A DNA stretch of 64,000 nucleotides from Saprospiraceae bacterium. GTDB lineage: Bacteria; Bacteroidota; Bacteroidia; Chitinophagales; Saprospiraceae. Of this stretch, positions 17,781-27,000 are shown in pieces. The stretch covers positions 411 to 64,410 of the forward strand of contig JBJXEZ010000273.1 in the NCBI GenBank assembly GCA_046153695.1, in the 5' to 3' direction. The first letter of the stretch is position 1; each line of letters opens with the position of its first letter. The notes beneath the pieces are model-generated. The model did no database searches. It saw only the letters and a program-made list of their open reading frames with translations, and was not told where the DNA came from. A program made the translations under genes and the position numbers.

Positions 17781-17788
17781 TACATTTG
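17781..17788 (+). promoter_or_regulatory. -7 promoter box (TAnnTTTG) upstream of lpxD
   Basis: tacatttg lies 59 nt upstream of the ATG at 17847. Confidence 0.4.
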
Positions 17789-17846
17789 CCGGGCTTTTCC
17801 GAGCATCCCGTATTTTTTTTCATCATACGCCCAGTTCGCTTCCGGC

Positions 17847-18890
17847 ATGGACATTACGGCCGCACAACTTGCCAATCTACTCAACGGCACCCTTGAGGGT
17901 GACCCCAACGCCACTGTCCGGCAGCCAGCGCGAATCGAAGAGGCCCAGACGGGCGATTTCGCTTTTCTGGACAATCCCAAGTACGAGTCCTACGCGTACT
18001 CCACCAAGGCATCCATATTGTTGGTCAACCAGTCGTTTCAGCCGGGTCAACCCGTTTCTGCCACACTAATTCGGGTTGAGGATGTGCGCAGCAGTTTGGC
18101 TTTTTTGTTGGAAATTTTCAACGACATCGTTTCGCCAAACGGCATTCCGCCTCAAATTGACAGCAATGCCAGTGTACACGCAAGCGCACAGGTCGGCACG
18201 CATAGCGCCATTGGTGCTTTTAGTGTAGTGGAGGCCGGTGCCGTGATCGGCGACAATTGCACGATTTACCCCCAGATCTTTATCGGCAGAAACGTACGAA
18301 TTGGGAACAACTGCAAGTTTTACCCGGGTGTGCGTGTGATGCACAACTGTATCATTGGTGACAATTGCGTGGTGCATGCTAATGCTGTGATCGGAGCGGA
18401 TGGCTTCGGCTTCGCTCCGCAGCCCGATAATTCGTGGAAAAAAGTACCGCACGTCGGGAATGTTATTCTGGAAAACTACGTCGAGGTGGGTGCCAACGCC
18501 TGTATTGACCGAGCCGCGCTCGGCAGCACCATCCTGCGCGACGGGGTCAAAATTGACAACCTCGTTCACATTGCCCACAATGTAGAGGTGGGAAGAAATT
18601 CCGTTATGGCTGCCCAGGTAGGTGTGGCCGGAAGCACCAAAATCGGTGAAAACGTACAACTTGGCGGCCAGACGGGCATCGCCGGCCACCTGATTATTGC
18701 CGACGGTACCCGCGTGCAGGCACAGAGTGGCATCGCTTCTTCTGTACGGGAGCCAAACCAGGCCCTGTTCGGTACGCCGGCCATCGGCTACAACGACTTC
18801 GTGCGTGCCTACGTCGTGTTCAAAAGCCTTCCCGATATTCAGAAAAAAGTGCGGGCGCTGGAGCGGGAATTAAAGGAGTTGCGTTCCTAA
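17847..18890 (+). CDS. lpxD: UDP-3-O-acylglucosamine N-acyltransferase
   Basis: The N-terminus is MDITAAQLANLLNGTLEGDPN...FAFLDNPKYE. Long hexapeptide-repeat region (IGDNCTIYPQIFIGRNVRIGNNCKFYPGVRV...) and a C-terminal helix are present. 347 aa from the ATG at 17847. Confidence 0.9.
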   Translation: MDITAAQLANLLNGTLEGDPNATVRQPARIEEAQTGDFAFLDNPKYESYAYSTKASILLVNQSFQPGQPVSATLIRVEDVRSSLAFLLEIFNDIVSPNGIPPQIDSNASVHASAQVGTHSAIGAFSVVEAGAVIGDNCTIYPQIFIGRNVRIGNNCKFYPGVRVMHNCIIGDNCVVHANAVIGADGFGFAPQPDNSWKKVPHVGNVILENYVEVGANACIDRAALGSTILRDGVKIDNLVHIAHNVEVGRNSVMAAQVGVAGSTKIGENVQLGGQTGIAGHLIIADGTRVQAQSGIASSVREPNQALFGTPAIGYNDFVRAYVVFKSLPDIQKKVRALERELKELRS

Positions 18891-18906
18891 ACAATCGTCT
18901 TTAAAC

Positions 18907-19854
18907 ATGCCACAGCACCAACATGTCCGTGCCTACCTCGCACTGGCCGCAATTTGCATTATCTGGGGTACGACCTATACGGCCATAAAATTTGCTATCC
19001 GTGATTTCCCGCCCCTAATGTTGGTCGGCATTCGACAAACAGTAGCAGGCTTGCTCCTGCTCGTTTGGGTGTTCGTATCCATGCGCGCCCGGGCTGCAAA
19101 GGCTCCCCAAACAGAGCAAAATTGGCAACCCGGCGCTGTCATAAATCGCCGGTACCTACTGCTGCAAAGCCTCACCGGACTGTGTACGATCACAGGTGGC
19201 AACGGCTTCATCACATGGGGCATGCAGCATGTGTCGTCGGGGTTGGCTGCAGTTATTGGGTCGCTGACTCCCGTGGTAGTCGTGCTGATCAACTTGTGCT
19301 GGAAAGGTGCCGAGCGAATAAATTGGCCCACCATAGGCGGCGTATTGCTCGGTTTTGGTGGCTTGGGGCTCATCTTTCACCACGGATGGGCCGATTTTCT
19401 GCATCCGGACTACCGTTTGGGCATACTCGCCTGTTTCGGTTCTTGTTTCACCTGGTCGCTGGGCACCGTCATGGCCAAGCGCTGGAATGATTCTCGCGTA
19501 TCGCCCATACTCAACGCCGGGCTTCAAATTACTGCGGGCGGATTAGGCGGCTTTGTGATAAGCGCTCTGTTCGACCGCTCGCACACCATTATCCATACCC
19601 CCGAAGGCTGGGCAGCGGTGGTGTACCTTACTCTGATCGGTTCCGCACTGGCGTTCAGCCTGTATATGTTTGTCTTGCAACACCTGAGCGCTACGGTGTC
19701 ATCGTTGTACACCTATATTAACCCCACCGTAGCGATTTTGCTCGGCTGGTTGTTTCTCGGTGAGCAACTGAGTGCATGGGAAATAGCCGGTATGTGCATC
19801 ACTATTGGCGGTGTGTGGTTGGTGAACTGGGGGTATCGGCGGGCAGGCTCTTAG
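18907..19854 (+). CDS. EamA/DMT-family transporter
   Basis: It is a polytopic membrane protein of about ten TM segments with two EamA-like halves (ALAAICIIWGTTYTAIKF..., YLTLIGSALAFSLYMFVLQH). Confidence 0.8.
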   Translation: MPQHQHVRAYLALAAICIIWGTTYTAIKFAIRDFPPLMLVGIRQTVAGLLLLVWVFVSMRARAAKAPQTEQNWQPGAVINRRYLLLQSLTGLCTITGGNGFITWGMQHVSSGLAAVIGSLTPVVVVLINLCWKGAERINWPTIGGVLLGFGGLGLIFHHGWADFLHPDYRLGILACFGSCFTWSLGTVMAKRWNDSRVSPILNAGLQITAGGLGGFVISALFDRSHTIIHTPEGWAAVVYLTLIGSALAFSLYMFVLQHLSATVSSLYTYINPTVAILLGWLFLGEQLSAWEIAGMCITIGGVWLVNWGYRRAGS

Positions 19855-19865
19855 AATCAGTTCGG

Positions 19866-20807
19866 CTATGCCCGTTGAAAAGCCCGCAGGATATTTTTTT
19901 CTATTCGGGCCAGTGGATCGTCCGAAGTTTCCTTTTCAAAGGCCCGCCCGGTCACCCGCTCAAAAAGTTCGATGTAGCGTTCAGTAATCTCCATCACGAA
20001 AGCGTCGGGCATATCGGGCATACGCTGGCCGTCCTTACCCTGAAAGCCGTTAGCAATGAGCCATTCGCGCACAAACTCTTTGCTCAACTGGCGCTGCCGT
20101 TCACCGCTTGCCTGGCGCTCGGCGTAGCCGTCGACATAAAAATAGCGCGAACTGTCAGGTGTGTGTATCTCGTCCATGAGCAGGATCTGGCCGTTCCTTT
20201 TGCCAAACTCGTACTTCGTGTCCACCAAAATAAGGCCTTGACGGGCGGCCATTTCAGTGCCCCTGCGGAACAAGGCCCGGGTGTATGTTTCCATTTGTGC
20301 GTAGTCTTCGGCTGGCACGATTCCCTGTTCAATTATTTCTTCGCGGGAAATATCCTGATCGTGGCCTGCATCGGCTTTAGTCGTCGGTGTAATGATTGGC
20401 TCCGGGAACGGGTCACTTTCGCACAGCCCGTCGGGCAGTGGAACACCGCATAGCATGCGCCCTCCAGTCGCATACGTGCGGGCTGCATGGCCAGCCAAAT
20501 AGCCTCGGATAACCATCTCTACCCGCAGCGGTTCGCAGCGGTGGCCGATAGCCACGTTGGGATCGGGTGCTTCAATGAGCCAGTTGGGGCAGATGTCGCG
20601 CGTAGCTTCGAGGAAGTGTTCAGCGATCTGGTTCAGCACAGCGCCTTTGTACGGGATGGCGCGGGGCAGCACATGGTCGAATGCCGAAATACGGTCGGAG
20701 GCGACCATGATGAGGCGGTCGCCCACGGTGTACACGTCGCGGACTTTACCGCGGTAAAAGGCCGTTTGGCCAGGCAGTTGGAAGTTTGTTTCGCGGATAG
20801 CAGACAT
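19866..20807 (-). CDS. purC: Phosphoribosylaminoimidazole-succinocarboxamide (SAICAR) synthase
   Basis: [21 protein letters not shown] and [12 protein letters not shown] motifs; 313 aa long form. Confidence 0.9.
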   Translation of the reverse strand: MSAIRETNFQLPGQTAFYRGKVRDVYTVGDRLIMVASDRISAFDHVLPRAIPYKGAVLNQIAEHFLEATRDICPNWLIEAPDPNVAIGHRCEPLRVEMVIRGYLAGHAARTYATGGRMLCGVPLPDGLCESDPFPEPIITPTTKADAGHDQDISREEIIEQGIVPAEDYAQMETYTRALFRRGTEMAARQGLILVDTKYEFGKRNGQILLMDEIHTPDSSRYFYVDGYAERQASGERQRQLSKEFVREWLIANGFQGKDGQRMPDMPDAFVMEITERYIELFERVTGRAFEKETSDDPLARIEKNILRAFQRA

Positions 20808-20831
20808 GATCGGGTTTGCGTTTTAGCGCGA

Positions 20832-20839
20832 CAAAAGTA
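20832..20839 (-). promoter_or_regulatory. -7 promoter box (TAnnTTTG on the minus strand) upstream of purC
   Basis: caaaagta on the plus strand reads tacttttg on the minus strand, 25 nt upstream of the purC ATG. Confidence 0.4.
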
Positions 20840-21046
20840 CGGTGTCGTGCGGTGGTGTAGCGGTGTTATCTATTTTGCTTTTCTTTGCAGCCGCACAATA
20901 GAAGGCTGGCAACTGTTAGCCAGTGCCTGCGATTTTGCCCCGGGCCCTGCTATTTTTGTAATGGAACCCGCAATGGACTATTTGCCAGTATAAACCTTCA
21001 GGCAAGATGGGCTGAATGATACAAAACCGTCCAAACGCCGCCGATT

Positions 21047-23197
21047 ATGTCAAAGATCACCCGTTTCCACACCCGGCTCATCGCCCTCCTCCTCCTCCTC
21101 CTCGCGGTTCCCGCTGCCCTGTCGGCCCAAAAAGCCGCCGACCTCAAGCGTTCCGGCGAAAAACAGTTTGCCAACCGCCAATGGACCGAAGCGGCTGCCA
21201 CATTGGGCCAGTACCAACAAGACAAGCCCGGCGACCTCGGTGTTCTCACCAAACTCGGCATCTGTAGTTACCATCTCCACCAGGCCGACAAGGCTCGACA
21301 GTACCTCGAGTTTGTAATTCAGGCAAACCCGACCGGTGCCGACCCCGATGCCCACTACCACTTCGCCCGTACCCTGCACGGCCAGTCCGAATTCGAGCGG
21401 GCCATCGCCGCGTATAAGGGTTTCCTCCGAGCAGCGGGCGACAAGCACCCGTATCGAGCCAATGCTTTGGATAATATCCGTCGTTGCGTTAGCGGGCTGG
21501 GCATTCGCCCAAACCCTGACGTGGCACTGACCGAAAACCTCGGTGACCGCGTGAACACTGCCGGCGACGAGTTCGCCCCCCTGCCCTCGGTGAACCACCC
21601 CGGACGCATTTATTTCTCCGCCGCCCGCGAAAACTGTACCGGCGGACGCCGAAACGACCAAGGCTACGAAGACATGGAAACCGGCCGCTGGTGCAGCGAT
21701 ATGTTTTTTTCCAACCGGACGAACAGCGGCTGGAACTACGCCACACTACTCGGCGACCTGCTCAATACGCCCCGATTTGAAGTAGCACTCGACTTCAGCG
21801 CTGACGGCCAAATTCTCTACTTCTTCCGCGGTTTTACCCAGTTCAGCGGCGAAATTCTGTCCGATACCGCTGGCCGCAACGCCGTCACCAACCCGGCCTT
21901 CGCCAGCCCCATGTCGCCCGAAGAAGGCGACTCTGCACCCTTTCTCGCCACCGACAGCCTGCTGCTTTTTGCCAGCCGCCGCGCCGGGGGCCAGGGCGGC
22001 CTCGACTTGTACTACGCGGTGCGTACGGACAGTGGCTGGGCCGAGCCGCACACTCTCGGCCCGGCTATCAACTCACCCTACGATGAGACCACGCCCTTTC
22101 TCGCCCGAGACGGGCGCACGCTGTATTTCAGCAGCAACCACACCAACGGCATGGGCGGCTTGGACGTGTACAAATCCGTTTTTGATAAAAATACCCAAAC
22201 CTGGTCGCTCCCTGTTAACCTCGGCACGCCGGTCAACTCGCCCGGCGACGACGCATTTTTTCGGCTCTCGCAGGACGGCCTTTCGGCGTTTTTCGCCTCC
22301 GACCGCCTTGAGAGCTACGGCCAACGCGATGTGTACATGGCCTATTTTAACGTTGGTCAAGCGGAACAGTTTGCTGAAAGGGCGCTGTTTGTGGAGGTTT
22401 CCAAAAAATCAAATAACGCTACTGCCGCCAGTCAACCCGACATCAAGCCGCCGCAAAGTGCTACCATGCCCGTGTTGTACTACAACACTGACAATGACGT
22501 ATTGAATGAGGACAACCGAAAATCCATAGCCGAAGCGGCCCGACTGGCCCGGCTTTTTCCTGAAGCAACGGTACAGGTATGCGTACATACCCATGAGACC
22601 GGGCCGGCCAAATTTGATCTGTACTACGGCATCAAACGCGCCGAAATTGTGGGCAAGGCGCTGACTGCGCAGGGCATACCAGCCCGCAATATTTCCCTGA
22701 AAAGTTTCGGTTCGGCGTATCCCGTAGCTCGCAACGTGCTAAATACCCTGCCCAACCCGACCGGGCAACGCCTCAACCGCCGCGTTGAAATTTGGCTGGC
22801 CTCGCCTCTGGAGCCACTGACCTTGGATCTGACCGTACAACGGCAGATCGTACCGCAAGAACTGGCCGTGGCCGGTTCCATTCCGATGGAAGACAGGTTC
22901 GAATATCTGGTTTACCGGGTGGAGGCCGTAGCTGCCCGTCAGGTCGTGACCAACGACGCGCTGGCCATGTTCCCCGATCTGATGATCGAGAGCGAACCGG
23001 AGTCTGGTTCTTACCGGTATTCGACGGGCTTTTTCCCGACCTTTGCCGAAGCAGCTGCCCACAGGCGGGCATTGCAGGGCCAGGGTTTCCCCGATGCGCT
23101 GGTGGCTGCTTATGTGGATGGCGTACGGATTTCCCGTTCGGAGGCAGCAGGTTTGACCAAAAAACATCCCGATCTTGCAGCGTTCATCAAAAACTGA
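21047..23197 (+). CDS. Secreted TPR / PD40 (TolB-like beta-propeller) / OmpA-domain protein with SPOR-like C-terminus
   Basis: It has a signal peptide (LIALLLLLLAVPAALSAQ) and N-terminal TPR-like helices. PD40-type repeats recur (NT.GDEFAP, NSPYDETTPFLARDGRTLYFSS, NSPGDDAFF). An OmpA-like peptidoglycan-binding region ends in NRRVEIWL. Confidence 0.8.
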   Translation: MSKITRFHTRLIALLLLLLAVPAALSAQKAADLKRSGEKQFANRQWTEAAATLGQYQQDKPGDLGVLTKLGICSYHLHQADKARQYLEFVIQANPTGADPDAHYHFARTLHGQSEFERAIAAYKGFLRAAGDKHPYRANALDNIRRCVSGLGIRPNPDVALTENLGDRVNTAGDEFAPLPSVNHPGRIYFSAARENCTGGRRNDQGYEDMETGRWCSDMFFSNRTNSGWNYATLLGDLLNTPRFEVALDFSADGQILYFFRGFTQFSGEILSDTAGRNAVTNPAFASPMSPEEGDSAPFLATDSLLLFASRRAGGQGGLDLYYAVRTDSGWAEPHTLGPAINSPYDETTPFLARDGRTLYFSSNHTNGMGGLDVYKSVFDKNTQTWSLPVNLGTPVNSPGDDAFFRLSQDGLSAFFASDRLESYGQRDVYMAYFNVGQAEQFAERALFVEVSKKSNNATAASQPDIKPPQSATMPVLYYNTDNDVLNEDNRKSIAEAARLARLFPEATVQVCVHTHETGPAKFDLYYGIKRAEIVGKALTAQGIPARNISLKSFGSAYPVARNVLNTLPNPTGQRLNRRVEIWLASPLEPLTLDLTVQRQIVPQELAVAGSIPMEDRFEYLVYRVEAVAARQVVTNDALAMFPDLMIESEPESGSYRYSTGFFPTFAEAAAHRRALQGQGFPDALVAAYVDGVRISRSEAAGLTKKHPDLAAFIKN

Positions 23198-23206
23198 AGC
23201 AGTGCC

Positions 23207-23692
23207 ATGACTATCAAAAAAAATACCACCGCGGCTTTGCCGGTACTTTTATTCACCGTTTTTGCCGCGTGCGGCCCGGGCTATTTTTTTGAAGAAAACA
23301 AACCCATCGCTGGCGGCCAGTGGGCTTATGCTGATACGCTTGATTTCCGGTTTACGATCGAGGACACGCTGGAAACCTACAATATGTACCTCGAATTCGA
23401 GTACGCCGACACGTTTTCCACCCAAAACATGTACCTAAAATTGCACACCCGTTTCCCCGACGGCAAGCGCCTTGGCAAACAAAAATCGTTCGACTTGTTC
23501 AGCCCGGAAGGCCAGCCGTTGGGCAAGTGCTCCGGCGGCAATTGCCGGTTGCAGGTAGTACTCCAGGAACGCGCATTTTTCAATCAACGGGGAGAATACA
23601 CGATCACTTTAGAGCAGTTTACCCGCAGCAACCCGTTGCCTGGCGTGCTTTCGGTCGGTCTGACGCTGGAAGCCACAGGCGTTCGCCGGTGA
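23207..23692 (+). CDS. gldH: Gliding motility lipoprotein GldH
   Basis: The 161-aa lipoprotein has the lipobox LFTVFAAC. The pattern W...D.L.F.F.I.D....YN.Y..........F...N.YL........G.......F.L....G...G is typical of GldH. Confidence 0.75.
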   Translation: MTIKKNTTAALPVLLFTVFAACGPGYFFEENKPIAGGQWAYADTLDFRFTIEDTLETYNMYLEFEYADTFSTQNMYLKLHTRFPDGKRLGKQKSFDLFSPEGQPLGKCSGGNCRLQVVLQERAFFNQRGEYTITLEQFTRSNPLPGVLSVGLTLEATGVRR

Positions 23693-23764
23693 AGATGGGC
23701 GCAGTGCGGACGGTGCCGTACTCCTCTCTGGGTACTTGACGGGCGGGAGAATCCCGACGAGACT

Positions 23765-23924
23765 AAGGAACGTGGACGAAATAAGGTACCAACTTTGGCG
23801 GCCTTGTTTGGCCCCTGTTTTCATTGCTCGGCGGTTACTTAGCCCCACTAAGCGCCCTTCTCGCGCCTCAACAGGGATCAAACCAGCTCCCCAAAGTTGG
23901 TACCTTATTTCGTCCACGTTCCTT
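23765..23924. repeat. Perfect 34-bp inverted repeat flanking a 92-bp core (MITE, invertible segment or structured RNA)
   Basis: aaggaacgtggacgaaataaggtaccaactttgg at 23765-23798 is the exact reverse complement of 23891-23924. The core contains a small internal hairpin (cttagccccactaag). The element lies 161 nt upstream of the adhesin ATG. Confidence 0.8.
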
Positions 23925-24084
23925 GGTAACAAATGTGTTGCTGAAAAATAGATTCTATTTTCCACACATAAAAATGTGAAATAAAAGAAAGCAAATGCGC
24001 ACATTTGTATTCTACAAAACGGAGATATTGCGTCCGTTTCAGTAAATGCTATGTTTTCAAAACAGTTCAAAAACTCGATTGCGC

Positions 24085-27000
24085 ATGAAAAAACATTCTC
24101 TACTCCGCAGCAGCCTTGCGCTGTTTATCCTGTTGGTATTTACCACAATTAACACCGCTCTGGGGCAAAACCTTCATTTTGACAAGACCAAGGCGCTACC
24201 ACAGGCTGAAAGTTCTTTTTCCCCTTGCCCCTTTGAGGCGGGAGCCGGCCCCGACCGATACTTCTGCAACCAGGATCAAGTCGTTCTCCAACTTTTCGGG
24301 ATTGTTGTCAAAAACAACAACGATTTGTTTTCCTCACCGAATAGTTTCCATTGGGAAGGGTTCACCGTGCCGCCAAACAACGCCACGCCCAGTGTGACTG
24401 TTCATGAGACGACTACGTTCAAGTTCATCGTCTGGAGTTTCGATTCTTTGATCAACCTGATTACCAATCCGACGTTCGAAGATGGAAACGTTGGGTTTAC
24501 TTCCGGCCTTAAACACAGCCCTGGCGACCTGACGCTTTCGGACCGGTACGACGTATTGGGCAAATTACCAGATGCCAACCCGGCATACCCCAACTGCGAG
24601 GATCATACGCCCGACGGTTTCTTAATGCTGGCAACCAGCTCCAGTAAAGTTGACCAGGTAATATGGGCACAAAGTATACCTGTGGAACCCAATACCGAGT
24701 ACTTTTTTTCCGGCTGGGCCACCCGTCTACAGTTCAAAGGCGCTATACGGTATGGCATTAATGGCACTATGCTAACCCGCATTCCTCCCGGTGGCTGTAA
24801 TTGGGGATACTTCGGCATGACCTGGAACAGCGGCTCCAACCTGATAGCCAACCTGTCCATAGAGCAAGTCGGTTCTGTTTTTAGTTTGAATGCTAACGCC
24901 ATAGACGACCTCTACTTCGGTCCATTGTGCAAATCGGAGGACGAAATGACTGTATACATGACCGAGGTAGAGGCTATTGCCGAACCGGCCCCTTCTCTCC
25001 ACCATTGCGAAGATTTTGAAATCACACTCAGTGGCGAAGGTTCTTCCGTTGGGCCAGACATTACCTACCAGTGGAGCACGCCCGACGGCAATATCGTCTC
25101 CGGCGAAAACACCCTGCACCCCGTCGTGAACGCCCCGGGCACCTACACCCTCGTGGTCACGCTGAACGACCCCAATTTCCAAAACTGCACCGCTACCGCC
25201 ACTACAGTGGTACTTGAGGCACCCAGTCAACTTTCCGCCTGGATCACGGCCCCCGTAAATCTTAACTGCGCGATCAAACAAATCACACTCAACGGCGGCA
25301 GCACGCCTGGCGGCAACTTTACCTACCAGTGGACGGCCACCAACGGCGGAAATATCGTCGCCGGAGCAAATGCCAAGAACGCCCAGGTCAACGCCTCCGG
25401 TACCTATACCCTTTTAGTCACCGACAATGCCACCGGCTGTACCGCCGAGGCCGAACGCCAAGTGGTAGCCGACACCATCCTGCCCAAGGCCGATGCCAAC
25501 GCCAACGCCATCACCTGCGTTCGGTTCGACTCTGACCTCAATGGATTAGGGTCGTCCAAAGGAACCGATTTTCGCCATGCATGGACCACGTCTGACGGCA
25601 ATATCCTGTCCGGTCAGGACAGCATCATAGCGCTGGCTGGTACCGTGGGCACCTACATCCTCAAGGTAACCAACATCGTCAACCAGTGCATCCGGTACGA
25701 CACTGTGGTGGTAGCCTACGACAATATCCCGCCCGTGGCCGAGATCGCGCCTCCGGCAGACGTGTCGTGCATCCTTCCGCTTGTGCCTTTAGTTGCTACA
25801 GAAGACACCTCCAACACCAACCTGACCTATACCTGGACGACCTCCCCCGGCGGTAACATCGTGAGCGGGGAAAACACCCCGATGCCCACGGTCAATGCCC
25901 CAGGATGGTATTTTCTCTCCATCGTCAACCCGAAAAATGGCTGTACGGATACCGACTCCGTGCTGGTGGATGCTGACACCGATGCCATCATCGCAATCGC
26001 CAACGCGCCCAATGCGATCACCTGCACCAATACCGCTGTGCTGCTCAACGCCAACGGATCCACCAACGACCCGGCGCTGACCTACATCTGGACAACAGCC
26101 GACGGCAACATCGTGAGCGGAGCGGACTCGCCCACGCCTATGGTGAACCAACCCGGGACGTACCAGTTGTGGCTGTCTAATCCCGAAAACGGCTGCACAG
26201 CCACCGATATCGCGTTGGTCGGCCAGAATACTGAACAACCGCTTGTCAGTGTTTCTGCCGCCCCGATATTCACCTGCACAAACACCCAACAGTTTTTGCA
26301 AGCGCAAAATGCTTCGACTTCCGGTACGTTCACCTACCAGTGGACGGCCTCCAACGGCGGCAATTTTGTCGGCGGGCAAACCACGTTGCAGCCCGAAATT
26401 GACGCTCCAGGCACCTATACACTGCTGGCCGCAAACACCGAAAACGGCTGCACAGCCAGCACCGAAATCACTGTTGGCGAGGACGTGACTGCCCCCGACC
26501 TGGGTATTGCTGCGCCCAACCCGCTTACCTGTGTGGTATCCACAGTCGTCCTTCAGGGGCAAAACACAGCCCCGGCAGGCACATACACCTACCAGTGGAC
26601 GGCCACCAACGGCGGAAATATCACGAGCGGAGCCAATACCCTGCAACCGGAGGTGAATGCCGCTGGCACATACACGCTGGTAGCTACCAACTCCGCCAAC
26701 GGCTGCACCGACGCGGCGCAGATACAGGTGACGTCCGATGGCCAAGCCCCGACCGCCGGGCTCAGTGTGGCTGGCAATTTGGACTGCAACCTAACGCCGG
26801 TCAACCTCACAGGATCGTCGAATATTGACCCGGCAATGCTCAACCATACATGGACCGCCCCCGATGGTTCTACCACCAGCACGGGTACGAATCCTATGCT
26901 TCCGGCCAACCAGCCGGGCACCTACGTGCTGACGCTGACCAACACACAAAACGGCTGCACAGCCACCGCAGCGGCCACTGTCGCCCAGAATGACCCGGTA

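Noticed and set aside
23609-24070. ORFs spanning the 34-bp inverted repeat on both strands (23736-23951 plus, 23609-24070 minus), which share the peptide RNVDEIRYQLW.
   Set aside because: The shared peptide is a direct consequence of translating a perfect palindrome in both directions. There is no start context or homology, and the region is intergenic.
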